30,309 nucleotides of DNA, taken from an uncultured Verrucomicrobiae bacterium (GTDB lineage: Bacteria; Verrucomicrobiota; Verrucomicrobiia; Limisphaerales; JAFGQR01). Position numbers and translations under genes: made by a program. Below are positions 1 to 10,382 of the stretch, piece after piece. Below the pieces are notes generated by a model. That model was not told the DNA's origin, did no database searches, and saw only the letters and a list, made by a program, of their open reading frames with translations. Positions within the stretch are counted from its first letter, which is position 1, and the number at the start of each line of letters is the position of its first letter. The stretch lies in contig CAWBHS010000112.1 in NCBI GenBank assembly GCA_963788655.1, forward strand, positions 1-30,309. Reading direction: 5' to 3'.

Positions 1-1029
1 CTGCTTGGTCAAGGCATTCTTCGGTTCGGTAAGGATGGAGACGAGATGATCCACGCTCAATGGTTCGAGCACCGTCAGCATGGGCAACCGGCCGACAAAT
101 TCCGGAATGAAACCGTACGCCAGGAGGTCTTCCGCTTCGATATGCCGGAGGATGTGCATCCGCTGATCCTCGAGAGCCTTCGGACCGGCATCGGCGGCGC
201 CAAAGCCCATGACCCGATGGCCCAACCGGCGTTGCACAATGTGCTCGAGGCCGGTGAAAGCCCCGCCACAAATAAAGAGGATGCCGGTCGTGTTGACGCG
301 GATGTATTCCTGTTGCGGATGCTTGCGGCCGCCTTGCGGGGGCACGTTGCAGATGGTGCCTTCGAGGATCTTCAACAGGGCTTGTTGCACGCCTTCCCCG
401 GAAACATCGCGGGTCAAGGACGGGCTGTCGGACTTGCGCGCGATCTTGTCGATCTCATCAATATAGACAATGCCGCGCTGGGCGCGTTTGACATCGTAGT
501 CCGCGTTTTGGAGCAGGCGCAGGATGATGTTTTCGACATCTTCCCCCACGTAACCGGCCTCGGTCAGCGTGGTGGCGTCGGCGATGGCAAACGGCACATC
601 CAGCATCCGGGCCAGCGTGCGAGCCAGGAGCGTCTTGCCGGATCCGGTAGTGCCGATGAGCAGGATATTGCTCTTTTCGATTTCCACCTCGCCGGTGCGC
701 GGACCCGCCCATTCATCCGTGGCGTGGCTGGGTTCTTCGTGGATGATGCGTTTGTAATGATTGTGAACGGCCACGGAGAGGGTCTTCTTGGAGTGATCCT
801 GACCGACGCAATGTTGGTCCAGGAACTTCCGGATTTCGGCCGGCTTGGGAACCGTGGTGCTGATGGGCGGTTTCTTGGTTTCCGCCATCATTTCCTTGTC
901 GAGAACGTTCTTGCACAGAATGACGCAATTGTCACAGATATAGACGCCCGGACCCGCAATGAGTTTTCGAACTTCGGCGTGGGATTTTCCACAGAAACTG
1001 CACAGGGTAAGATTGGTCGGACGTGACAT
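1..1029 (-). CDS. clpX: ATP-dependent Clp protease ATP-binding subunit ClpX (partial; C-terminus runs off the window start)
   Basis: Manual minus-strand translation from ATG at 1029 gives [39 protein letters not shown] (C4 zinc finger), then [15 protein letters not shown] (Walker A), [24 protein letters not shown] and [18 protein letters not shown]. Lies directly downstream of clpP. Absent from the ORF track because there is no stop in the window. Confidence 0.97.
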   Translation of the reverse strand, partial: MSRPTNLTLCSFCGKSHAEVRKLIAGPGVYICDNCVILCKNVLDKEMMAETKKPPISTTVPKPAEIRKFLDQHCVGQDHSKKTLSVAVHNHYKRIIHEEPSHATDEWAGPRTGEVEIEKSNILLIGTTGSGKTLLARTLARMLDVPFAIADATTLTEAGYVGEDVENIILRLLQNADYDVKRAQRGIVYIDEIDKIARKSDSPSLTRDVSGEGVQQALLKILEGTICNVPPQGGRKHPQQEYIRVNTTGILFICGGAFTGLEHIVQRRLGHRVMGFGAADAGPKALEDQRMHILRHIEAEDLLAYGFIPEFVGRLPMLTVLEPLSVDHLVSILTEPKNALTKQ

Positions 1030-1114
1030 TGCTAATTCTAAAGTTTGGTACGATTCAAGGTTGACGATCCGTCAGGGAATGATTGGGGGCAATTTCCATG
1101 TTGCCGCGTTTTCG

Positions 1115-1753
1115 TTACTTCTTCTCTTCGGGGCCCATGCCCGGGATCTCTTTGCGGGAAACGACTACTTGGTCCACCAAGCCGTACTCTTTGGCGTCGT
1201 CGGCGGACATGAAACGGTCCCGGTCAGTATCATGGCCAACGACCTCAACGTCTTTGCCGCAATGACGCGCCAAAATGTTGTTTAACCGGTCCTTCAGGCG
1301 CAGAATTTCCTGGGCCTGGATGCTGATGTCGCTGGCCTGGCCCTGGACGCCGCCCCACGGTTGGTGAATCATGATGCGGGCGTTGGGCAGGGCAAAGCGT
1401 TTGCCTTTCGTGCCGGCCGCCAACAAGACGGCCGCCATGCTGGCCGCCTGCCCGATGCAATAAGTGTTCACATCGCAGGTCAGGAACTGCATGGTATCGT
1501 AGATGGCCAGTCCGGCCGTGACACTGCCTCCGGGGCAGTTGATGTAGAGATGGATGTCTTTCTTGGGGTCGGTCATTTGGAGAAAGAGCAACTGCGCAAT
1601 AATGGCGTTCGACATCATGTCGTCCACCGGCGTGCCCAGAAACACGATCCGGTCCACCAGCAACCGCGAGTAGATATCGTAGGCCCGTTCTCCGCGGCCC
1701 GTTTGTTCGACAACGTAAGGGATGAAGCTTTGATATAATGATCCGTTTTGCAT
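1115..1753 (-). CDS. clpP: ATP-dependent Clp protease proteolytic subunit ClpP
   Basis: [42 protein letters not shown], catalytic Ser in GQAASMA, His in IMIHQP, Asp in [12 protein letters not shown] at 1753 preferred over the TTG at 1792, which coincides with a -35 box. Confidence 0.97.
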   Translation of the reverse strand: MQNGSLYQSFIPYVVEQTGRGERAYDIYSRLLVDRIVFLGTPVDDMMSNAIIAQLLFLQMTDPKKDIHLYINCPGGSVTAGLAIYDTMQFLTCDVNTYCIGQAASMAAVLLAAGTKGKRFALPNARIMIHQPWGGVQGQASDISIQAQEILRLKDRLNNILARHCGKDVEVVGHDTDRDRFMSADDAKEYGLVDQVVVSRKEIPGMGPEEKK

Positions 1754-1763
1754 TAGTGGGCGC

Positions 1764-1792
1764 AACGTAACCAACCGATTGCCAAGCGTCAA
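1764..1792 (-). promoter_or_regulatory. Putative sigma70 promoter of clpP-clpX
   Basis: Minus strand reads TTGACG-17 nt-TACGTT, ending 10 nt before the clpP ATG. Confidence 0.55.
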
Positions 1793-2156
1793 GCGCGGCG
1801 GCTGCCATACAAACGCTCCGTAAATCCCTGAGGGCGTGGCGGTAATTGCGCGGGGAAATCACCAGCAATTCGATTCGTGGCGGGGATTGAAACGCGGTTG
1901 GGCACGTGAGTCGAATGAATGAACCGTCCAGCGATGGAGCGATTCGATTTTTCAAGATTTCTTGTAACAAATTCCAGAAAACACGGAAGAACACGGTGGA
2001 GGCCCATTGGGGCTTCCCGGGGTCGCAGATCCGAACGCTGCCGGGTGAGGGACTTCCCATTGTCCAGACAGTTTTTAACTGATTTAAGAGGGTGAAATTC
2101 TTGATCCGTTACAGGGCTTGTTTGCAGGGTAGAACGAGCAGGAGGCGAGCCTTGAG

Positions 2157-2174
2157 CCTTACGGCGGCGGCTAC
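2157..2174 (-). repeat. REP-like half element (GTAGCCGCCGCCGT family)
   Basis: Reverse complement GTAGCCGCCGCCGTAAGG matches GTAGCCGCCGCCGTGAGG at 17051 in 17 of 18 positions. Confidence 0.6.
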
Positions 2175-2371
2175 AGCGCGTGTGAAATGTTCGGGCTAAC
2201 GGCGCCCTCGCTGGTAGGACAGGCGTCCGCCGTTCCAGAACGTTACAAAGGCGTCCCCTTAGAATCCGTTCGTCCACCGGGGAATCCATGCCTTGACTGT
2301 TCGGGAAGGGGTTACGGCCTGGCCACTACGTGAGCAATAGCAGCGATAGAGGTGGATGCGTACTTCACTCG

Positions 2372-4451
2372 TCATTTCTCCTTCGCGGGAACAAATATGC
2401 GGTCGTTGGCCTGCAACTCAATGTCCGCGGCGTTGCCCCGTTGGATGGCGGTGAAATCAATGGTTCGGCTAAGCTTGCCATTACGGAGCAATTGGATGGC
2501 TGCCCGGTGGGAGAACGCGGTAAGACCGCCGGCCTCCGCGAGCGCCTCCTGAAGGGTGGTGCCCGGCCGCCAGACCAATCGGCCGGGAGCTGCGATGCCC
2601 GGCCCGCCGACCGAGTAGAACTTATCCCCAGACGCGCGCGCGGTGGAACTCCTGGGCATCGCGGCATTCACTTCCGCTTGAATGATTCGGATCATCAAGC
2701 TTTCCCGTATGCGTTGCAGGGATTCCAAGTCGCGTTTGATCGTAAAGAATCCCTGTCGTTCAATCGACTGCCGAATGTCCTGCGCTTTGGCTTGCTCCAG
2801 TTCTTTTTGCAGACTGTCCAGCTTGGCTTTTTTGGCGTCCACTTTGGCTTTAAGCCCGTTCATGATGCCCTTGACGCGCTCGTCAATTTGGCGGTTGATG
2901 GTAGCGATATTGTCCTGCGCTCGCACTACGTCGGGGTGTTCGCTGGACTTTACGTGAGCTAAATCAACCCTTTGCCGTTCGGCTTGCATCCGTTGCTCCA
3001 ACAGATTTGCCAATAGAGTATCGGCCGTGGCTGTCACCATGGCATTGCGAAGTTCAGGTGACGGCATTTTGCTCAGGAGGTCGTAGAGCGTATGCAACTC
3101 GGTCCATTCGGCAGAGGCCGAAACTTGCTCCTGCTTCAAGCTCAGCATTAACTCGGGAAACAACGACTTGCCTGGCGCTTCGGCTTCTTCGGAGGTTATT
3201 CCCAGTTGCTTCCGTAGGCGATCCACTCGTTCCTGCTGCGCGGCCACGCGCGCGTTCATCTTGTCCAGTTCCTGCTGGAGCGCTTCAACGTCGCGGTGAC
3301 TTCCCGTGGCTTTGTCCGTAGGACGTTGGATTGGGTCGGACGGTGCGGTTTCTTGCCTGGGGGACTCCCCGGTCGTGTCGTGTTTCTCAGCAGCCGTAAA
3401 CGTCAGACAGCCGAGTAACGTGACCAGAAAGATCGCGGTAAGGGTGCTCAGGCGGGTCACAGGTTGGCGATGGGTGATCATAAGAATTCTCCGTTCGAGT
3501 TGAGGTTGACGTTGCCGTTGCAGGATGGGAACCAAATTGGGCGAATAGGAATTGGCCGTTACGCCCGCCGCTACTTTCAGCAGCGTGTGGCCGTACGTAG
3601 ATGACGTTTCGGCCGGCAAACGTTGCAACACCGCGGCGTCACAAACCAATTCGCGGTCCGCGCGAAGCTGTCGCAGCGCCAACCACACCAAAGGATTGAA
3701 CCAGTGCAGTGCCTGCACGCCGATTAACAGCCAGTTCAGCAGTACGTCGCCACGTTTCAAATGCACGAGTTCGTGCAGGAGGACCAAGCGCAGTTCCGCG
3801 TCGGTGAGCTTTTCGGACAGCCCCACCGGCAGCAGCAAACAAGGCCGCCAGAAACCAAATACCGCCGGAGCCGTATGACTGGGAATCGGTATCACCGGAA
3901 TGGACCGCCGCACGCCCAGTTCGGCAGTGGCACGATTCAACAAGGGCCGAACGCGGGCATCTTGAAGGGGCGCTTGTCGGCGGATCAACCGAGACCATCG
4001 CCAATGCTGCCGGAACGCGATCAGCAGGCAAAACCAAACCCCGGCAATCCAGACCAATGGCAATCCCCTGGCGGGCCAATAAGAAGGGCGGTTCGGTGTT
4101 GGATCAGGAAGGGGCGCGATTGGCACGGTCGTTTCCACGTCACTGGTTGATGGCAACTCAACCTGAACGCCCGAGCTGGCCGGTGAATTGTAGGTTGGAG
4201 TTGGCGCGGGTCGCGGCCCCTCGAGCGCAAATCCGTTAAAGGCGCTGAAACGGCTGGACGGAGCCATCTGGTAGGAGCAGGCGGAACACCACCAATCCCC
4301 ACAGCGCATAACGCCACCGCGGCCGAAGGATTCGATGGAACACCACTTGAACCAGCAGCACCAAGATCACCAGCAACGCGGCCGCCAGCGAGTTTTGCCA
4401 GACCCAATCGCAAACCGTTGTGAGCGGCGCCAACGAGGTGAAAACGTTCAT
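2372..4451 (-). CDS. M56 family (BlaR1/MecR1-like) membrane metallopeptidase with a C-terminal coiled coil and SLBB domain; one frameshift near 4268
   Basis: The N-terminus (ORF 4236..4451: WVWQNSLAAALLVILVL...RWRYALWGLVVFRLLLP) joins ORF 2372..4309. Motifs PAVFGFWRPCLLLP, LLHELVHLKRGD (HExxH), HWFNPLVW and DRELVCD. The C-terminus VGGPGIAAPG...TLQEALAEAGGLT...IELQANDRIFVP is SLBB/Wza-like. Its start overlaps the repressor stop (ATGA). Confidence 0.88.
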
Positions 4452-4852
4452 GATTGCTTGTGGTCGAGAATGTTCTTCAGCCGCACCAATTCGGCAGCGG
4501 ACAGCTTTTCCCGTTCGACAAATCGGGCCAGAAACGGCGCCAGTTCCCCGCCAAAAAAGCGGTCGAGAAACGTCCGGGCCACCGTGTGCTCGGCTTCATC
4601 CGCACTGATTTGCGGATGGAACCGGTATTCGCGCCCCGCCTTCTCGAAGGCCAGGGCGCCTTTGTCCACCAACCGTTTGAGCAGCGTGTGGATGGTTTTT
4701 GGCTTCCAGTCGCTCTGGCCGGCCAAGTTGTCCACGACTTGATTGGTGGTCAATGGACCGTGCTGCCAAATGGTTTGCATCACCACCCACTCGGCGTCCG
4801 AAATGCGGGGAAGCTGTTGCGTCTTCAGTGGCGTTGGACGTTTCCTGGTCAT
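4448..4852 (-). CDS. BlaI/MecI/CopY family transcriptional repressor
   Basis: ISDAEWVVMQTIW...WKPKTIHTLLKRLVDKGAL...REYRFHP...FLDRFFGG...KLSAAEL is the characteristic penicillinase-repressor winged HTH. Coupled to the M56 gene. Confidence 0.95.
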   Translation of the reverse strand: MTRKRPTPLKTQQLPRISDAEWVVMQTIWQHGPLTTNQVVDNLAGQSDWKPKTIHTLLKRLVDKGALAFEKAGREYRFHPQISADEAEHTVARTFLDRFFGGELAPFLARFVEREKLSAAELVRLKNILDHKQS

Positions 4853-4913
4853 GGCAATTTCGGTAATCCGTGTTGTCTGCGTTAGCGGTCCGATTCGTAT
4901 TTGACGTGTGTCC

Positions 4914-4928
4914 GTGACGATTCGTCAC
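4914..4928. promoter_or_regulatory. Perfect inverted repeat GTGACGA-T-TCGTCAC in the repressor leader (possible second regulator site)
   Basis: 7-bp arms with a 1-nt spacer, about 60 nt upstream of the repressor ATG. Confidence 0.3.
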
Positions 4929-4947
4929 CCCTTTTTGACCGGGCTCA

Positions 4948-6521
<1,574 letters not shown>

Positions 6522-6562
6522 GAGGCAACTAATCCACAATTATTCAACTGAACCACTACCAG

Positions 6563-6738
6563 CCAGGTAGGGCGAGACTCCGTCGAGCCCTGATTTCTCC
6601 GCATCGTTTCCGCCAACCCGGCCGCGTTAATATGGGAAACCTCCGGTATTCGAACATGAAAGTTATTCCTTTGTTCGTCATTTGGCGGTCAGACACGCCC
6701 AGGGAAGTCAGGGCTCGACGGAGTCTCGCCCTACCTGG
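6563..6738. repeat. Inverted REP doublet (REPIN/BIME-like)
   Basis: The 31-mer CCAGGTAGGGCGAGACTCCGTCGAGCCCTGA occurs at 6563..6593 and as an exact reverse complement at 6708..6738, with a 114-nt spacer. Each unit is GTAG plus an imperfect hairpin. Confidence 0.85.
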
Positions 6739-6785
6739 ATTGGATTTCCTTACCGCCGCGCTTAGATCATTCTTGGTTTCGAAAT

Positions 6786-7798
6786 TCACTTTTCAAAGTT
6801 GTTCAACAATTCCTCCGGGGTCACCGTGGCGGTGCCGACTTTGCCGACGACAATTCCGGCGGCGTGATTGGACAGAATCGCTGCTTCAATGGGCGAGGCC
6901 CCCGCCGCAATTGCCAGCGTGAAGGCCGCAATCACCGTGTCGCCGGCGCCCGACACATCGAACACTTCCTGGGCCACGGTCGGAATGTGAAACGGCTGGT
7001 GGTGCCGATGACAAAGCAGCATGCCTTGGTCGCCCAGAGTGATCAGGAGGGTGGCCAGTTGCAAATCCTCCAGTAACCGATCAGCCACCTTCAACAGGGC
7101 GGCATCTTCCAGCGGATTCAGTGCGTGCGTGCCATCCGGTACGCCGGCCAATTCGAAAGCCTCTTTGCGGTTGGGCGTGATCAGCGACAATTGGTTGAGG
7201 TCCAACTTGTGTACCGGCTTTGGGTCCAGGCTCAACCAGACACCATGCGCCCGGCAAAAGCGCCGCAACTCATCCAGGAGCGGTTGGGTGACCACGCCTT
7301 TGCCGTAGTCACCTACGATCACCGCATCGGCCGCCATGATGCATGGTTCCAGCCGTGCCAGCAGCCGCCGTGTGCTGGCGGCATCGGCTTCCTGTCGGCT
7401 TTCGCGATCCACTCGCACGACCTGTTGCTGGTGGGCTACCACGCGGGATTTCACGCGTCGTCAGCCGGTTCGCGCGCGCGACCAGATCCCGCGCAGTCCA
7501 CTTCCTGTTCGCGCAGCAAGGCCCGCAGCCGCCGCCCGGCTTCATCCTGGCCAAGCAAACCAAAGATCGACGTGGGCACCTTCAGCGCGGAGAGATTGCG
7601 CGCCACGTTGGCGGCGCCCCCGGGCATGTCGCTCTCGCTGACAAACTCGACGACCGGCACCGGCGCTTCCGGAGAAATCCGCGAAACATGGCCCCAGATA
7701 AACTGGTCGAGCATTAGGTCGCCCACGACGAGAATGCGGGCCTGGCGCGCTGCCGTCAGCAGTTGTTTAACACGGGATCGGTTCAGAGTTGGATTCAT
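6786..7798 (-). CDS. rfaE1: PfkB-family D-glycero-beta-D-manno-heptose-7-phosphate kinase (RfaE/HldE domain I); frameshifted near 7455-7490
   Basis: ILVVGDLMLDQFIWGHVSRISPEAPVPVV...PGGAANVARNL, then K.RVVAHQQQVVRVDRE, DYGKG, ITPNRKEA, VFDVSGAGDTVIA and NHAAGIVVGKVGTA. Confidence 0.92.
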
Positions 7799-7817
7799 GC
7801 GTGAGACGAAATACCAA

Positions 7818-8609
7818 TCAATCAAGGAACGCGGTCAATGGGCTGGTGGCGTCGGCAGTTCCGTGTTCTGCGGCCAGACCAATTTCATAAGCCATGCGGC
7901 CGGCCTCGACGGCCATTTTGAACGCGACCGCCATGCGCTTCGGATCACTGGCCACCGCGATGGCGGTGTTGACCAGCACGGCGTCGGCGCCCATTTCCAT
8001 GGCTTCGGCGGCGTGGCTGGGCGCGCCCAGATCCCGGCATCCACCACCACCGGCACGGTGGCCTGCTCGATAATGATGCGAATCTGGTCGCGCGTCTGAT
8101 GCCGCGGTTCGAGCCGATGGGCGAGCCGAGCGGCATCACCGTGGCGGTGCCGACGTCCTGCAAGCCGCTTGGCCAGCACCGGATCGGCGTTGATGTAAGG
8201 CAGCACGGTGAAGCCTTCCTTCACCAGCATTTCGGCGGCTTTGAGCGTTTCGACGGGATCGGGCAACAGGTAGCGCGGATCGGGATGGATCTCCAGCTTC
8301 ACCCATTTGGGCAGGCCGGCGGCGGCGGCCAGGCGCGCCAGGCGGACGGCTTCTTCCGCATTCATGCGCGCCGCTGGTGTTGGGGAGCAGGAGGTATTCG
8401 CTCCGGATCGATGAATTCGAGGATGTTGGCGAACGGGTCCTTGTTTTCCGCTCAAATCCGCCCGGCGCAGAGCCACGGTGACCATGTCGCGTGCCGCTGG
8501 CGTCCAGCGCGTCGCGCATGGCCTCCGGCGCGGAAAACTTGCCGGTGCCCACGAATAGGCGGGAAGCAAATTCGCGACCGGCAATAACCAAAGGACCATC
8601 TGTCTGCAT
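7818..8609 (-). CDS. thiG: Thiazole synthase ThiG, interrupted by multiple frameshifts (probably sequence errors)
   Basis: [88 protein letters not shown] and [15 protein letters not shown] are spread over several frames. Confidence 0.93.
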
Positions 8610-8664
8610 CGCGGTGAAAATAGGCAAAGGCACCGAGGGAGTCGAGGAAGGAGTGGGGGCGGGT

Positions 8665-9027
8665 CCAAATCCGAAGACCGAAATCCGAAGTGCCTGGCCG
8701 TATCAGTGCAATAACAACCATGAGTAAACCCACCGCGTCGGAGTCGCAACCAAGGTCGAGGGGTTGAAGCGTGAACGAGTTGAAGCGTGAAAAGATCCGC
8801 GCAGCCCGTGCAAATTTTGGGCGATAGTTGAGGCACAACCACAGTCGCCAGGAGGTGTGCTTTAGTTTCCCGGCACCAACGCCGTAAAGCTGCGGTTTTC
8901 ATTCGTGTTGATTAGTGTCATTCGTGGTTGAACTGCTCAATGACGGTTTAGCGGCGACGGAAATTTGTCCGGCCGTATGTGAAGCCGGATTGTCTTCGGT
9001 TCTCGGATTTCGGACTTCGGATTCTGA
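8665..9027. repeat. Cluster of short tandem repeats between thiG and the URO-D-family gene
   Basis: Heptamers CCGAA(A/G)(T/A) at 8665..8691 with an inverted run (TCTTCGG TTCTCGG ATTTCGG ACTTCGG) from 8993; duplicated GTTGAAGCGTGAA at about 8763..8791; ~10-mer ATT(C/A)GTG repeats at 8900..8930. Confidence 0.7.
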
Positions 9028-9103
9028 CGCCGCCCAACTGGCCATGCAGCGGCTCTGGTCGCAGAATTGACTTGCGCCACTAATCCTTTCAACATCTTGC
9101 TCC

Positions 9104-10285
9104 ATGACATCCAATCCGCAGCAGCAATGGACCAGCCGAAGTCGGGTAGCCGCGGCTTTGAACCATCAGGAACCGGACCGCGTGCCCTACGACTTGGGCG
9201 GCACCATTTTGACCGGCATTCATCACGTGGCCTATCGCCAATTGCGCAAGCATCTGGGTCTGCCGGAAGTTGAAATCACGCTCGAAGACCGCCATCAACA
9301 ACTCGCCTTGGTACGCGAAGACGTGAAGCAGCGGCTCGAAGTGGACGTTTACGGGATCAATCCGGGCGCTGTTCCCGACAGCACGCCCCCCAATTGGAGC
9401 GAGGATGGTTACGACAAGATGGTGGACGAATGGGGCATCGAATGGTGGATGCCGCTCGAAGGCGGTTTTTACTTCGACATGCGACGGCACCCATTGGCCG
9501 ACATCGACACCATTGAGGGGCTCAAGCAATACAAGTTTCCCGATCCACTGCACCCAGCACGCTACGAGGGGATGGCGCAGCGAGCCGACGAATTGATGAA
9601 CCAAAAACAGGTAGCCTACGTCCTGGGCCGGAATGCACCGGGCATCTGGGAAATCGCCTTGTGGATGCGCGGCTTCGAGAATTTCTTCTGCGACATGGGC
9701 AATAACGCTGCCTTTGCCGAGGCGCTCATGGACATCATCACCGAAATCAAAATGAAGTATTGGGAGCAGGCCCTCGCGCTTGTCGGGCCGAACGTGATGA
9801 TGGTTTCCGAAGCCGATGATCTGGCCAGCCAGGACCGCTTGTTGTGCAGCCCGGCCATGTACCGGCGGTTCATTAAACCGCGGCACACCCGGCTGTTTGC
9901 GCACATCAAGAAATGCGCGCAGGTGCCGGTGAAAATCTTTTACCATTCCTGCGGTGCCGTGGCCCCGCTCATCCCGGACTTGATCGAATCCGGCATCGAC
10001 ATTTTGAATCCAGTGCAGGTCAGCGCGAAAGGCATGGATTCGCGCGAACTGAAGCAACGCTTTGGCAAAGACCTTACCTTTTACGGCGGCGGTGTGGACA
10101 CCCAGGATGTTTTGCCGCACGGCACCCCGCAACGGGTTAAAGACGAGGTCAAGCGCCGCGTGGATGACTTTGCCCCTGGCGGCGGATTCATTTTCAACAC
10201 CGTCCACAACATCCAGGCTGACGTGCCGCCCGAAAACCTCATGGCGATGTGGGAGGCCCTGCGGGAATACGGTGTGTATTCATGA
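9104..10285 (+). CDS. Uroporphyrinogen decarboxylase / methylcobamide:CoM methyltransferase (MtaA/CmuA)-like family protein
   Basis: TSRSRVAAALNHQEPDRVPYDLGG, DEWGIEW, WMRGFENF, DDLASQ, FYHSCG, LIESGIDILNPVQ, GGGVDTQ and GGFIFNTVHNIQ fit the URO-D-like TIM-barrel family. The HemE N-terminal W.MRQAGR motif is absent. Confidence 0.88.
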   Translation: MTSNPQQQWTSRSRVAAALNHQEPDRVPYDLGGTILTGIHHVAYRQLRKHLGLPEVEITLEDRHQQLALVREDVKQRLEVDVYGINPGAVPDSTPPNWSEDGYDKMVDEWGIEWWMPLEGGFYFDMRRHPLADIDTIEGLKQYKFPDPLHPARYEGMAQRADELMNQKQVAYVLGRNAPGIWEIALWMRGFENFFCDMGNNAAFAEALMDIITEIKMKYWEQALALVGPNVMMVSEADDLASQDRLLCSPAMYRRFIKPRHTRLFAHIKKCAQVPVKIFYHSCGAVAPLIPDLIESGIDILNPVQVSAKGMDSRELKQRFGKDLTFYGGGVDTQDVLPHGTPQRVKDEVKRRVDDFAPGGGFIFNTVHNIQADVPPENLMAMWEALREYGVYS

Positions 10286-10382
10286 TCCCGCAGTGCGTGA
10301 AACCGGAGGCGCGGAGTATTTTTGATAGGTGATCGCCGCCCGGATACTTGAACGGCGTTACCTCTTCGAGCAGCAATCGAGT

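Noticed and set aside
46..1026. 326-aa plus-strand ORF
   Set aside because: Antisense shadow of clpX, which has all the family motifs on the minus strand.
1754..2371. CIRCE/CtsR heat-shock operator or tRNA upstream of clpP; ORF 1789..2289
   Set aside because: No TTAGCACTC-N9-GAGTGCTAA, no CtsR heptad repeat and no cloverleaf seen. The ORF has low-information composition and crosses a REP.
4260..4275. Programmed frameshifting or phase variation in the M56, TolC or Wzx genes
   Set aside because: No slippery heptamer or long homopolymer at the shift sites, and the window has many indels best explained as sequence error.
6563..6738. Possible CRISPR mini-array
   Set aside because: The repeats are inverted rather than direct, there are only two, the spacer is 114 nt and no cas genes are present.
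8610..9100. TPP riboswitch or thiS upstream of thiG
   Set aside because: No CTGAGA...ACCTGA core on the minus strand and no small ORF ending in Gly-Gly.
9089..10207. 372-aa minus-strand ORF; similar long antisense ORFs at 10827..12047, 22203..23204 and 23936..24892
   Set aside because: Shadows of well-supported genes on the opposite strand, expected at high GC, with no recognisable motifs.
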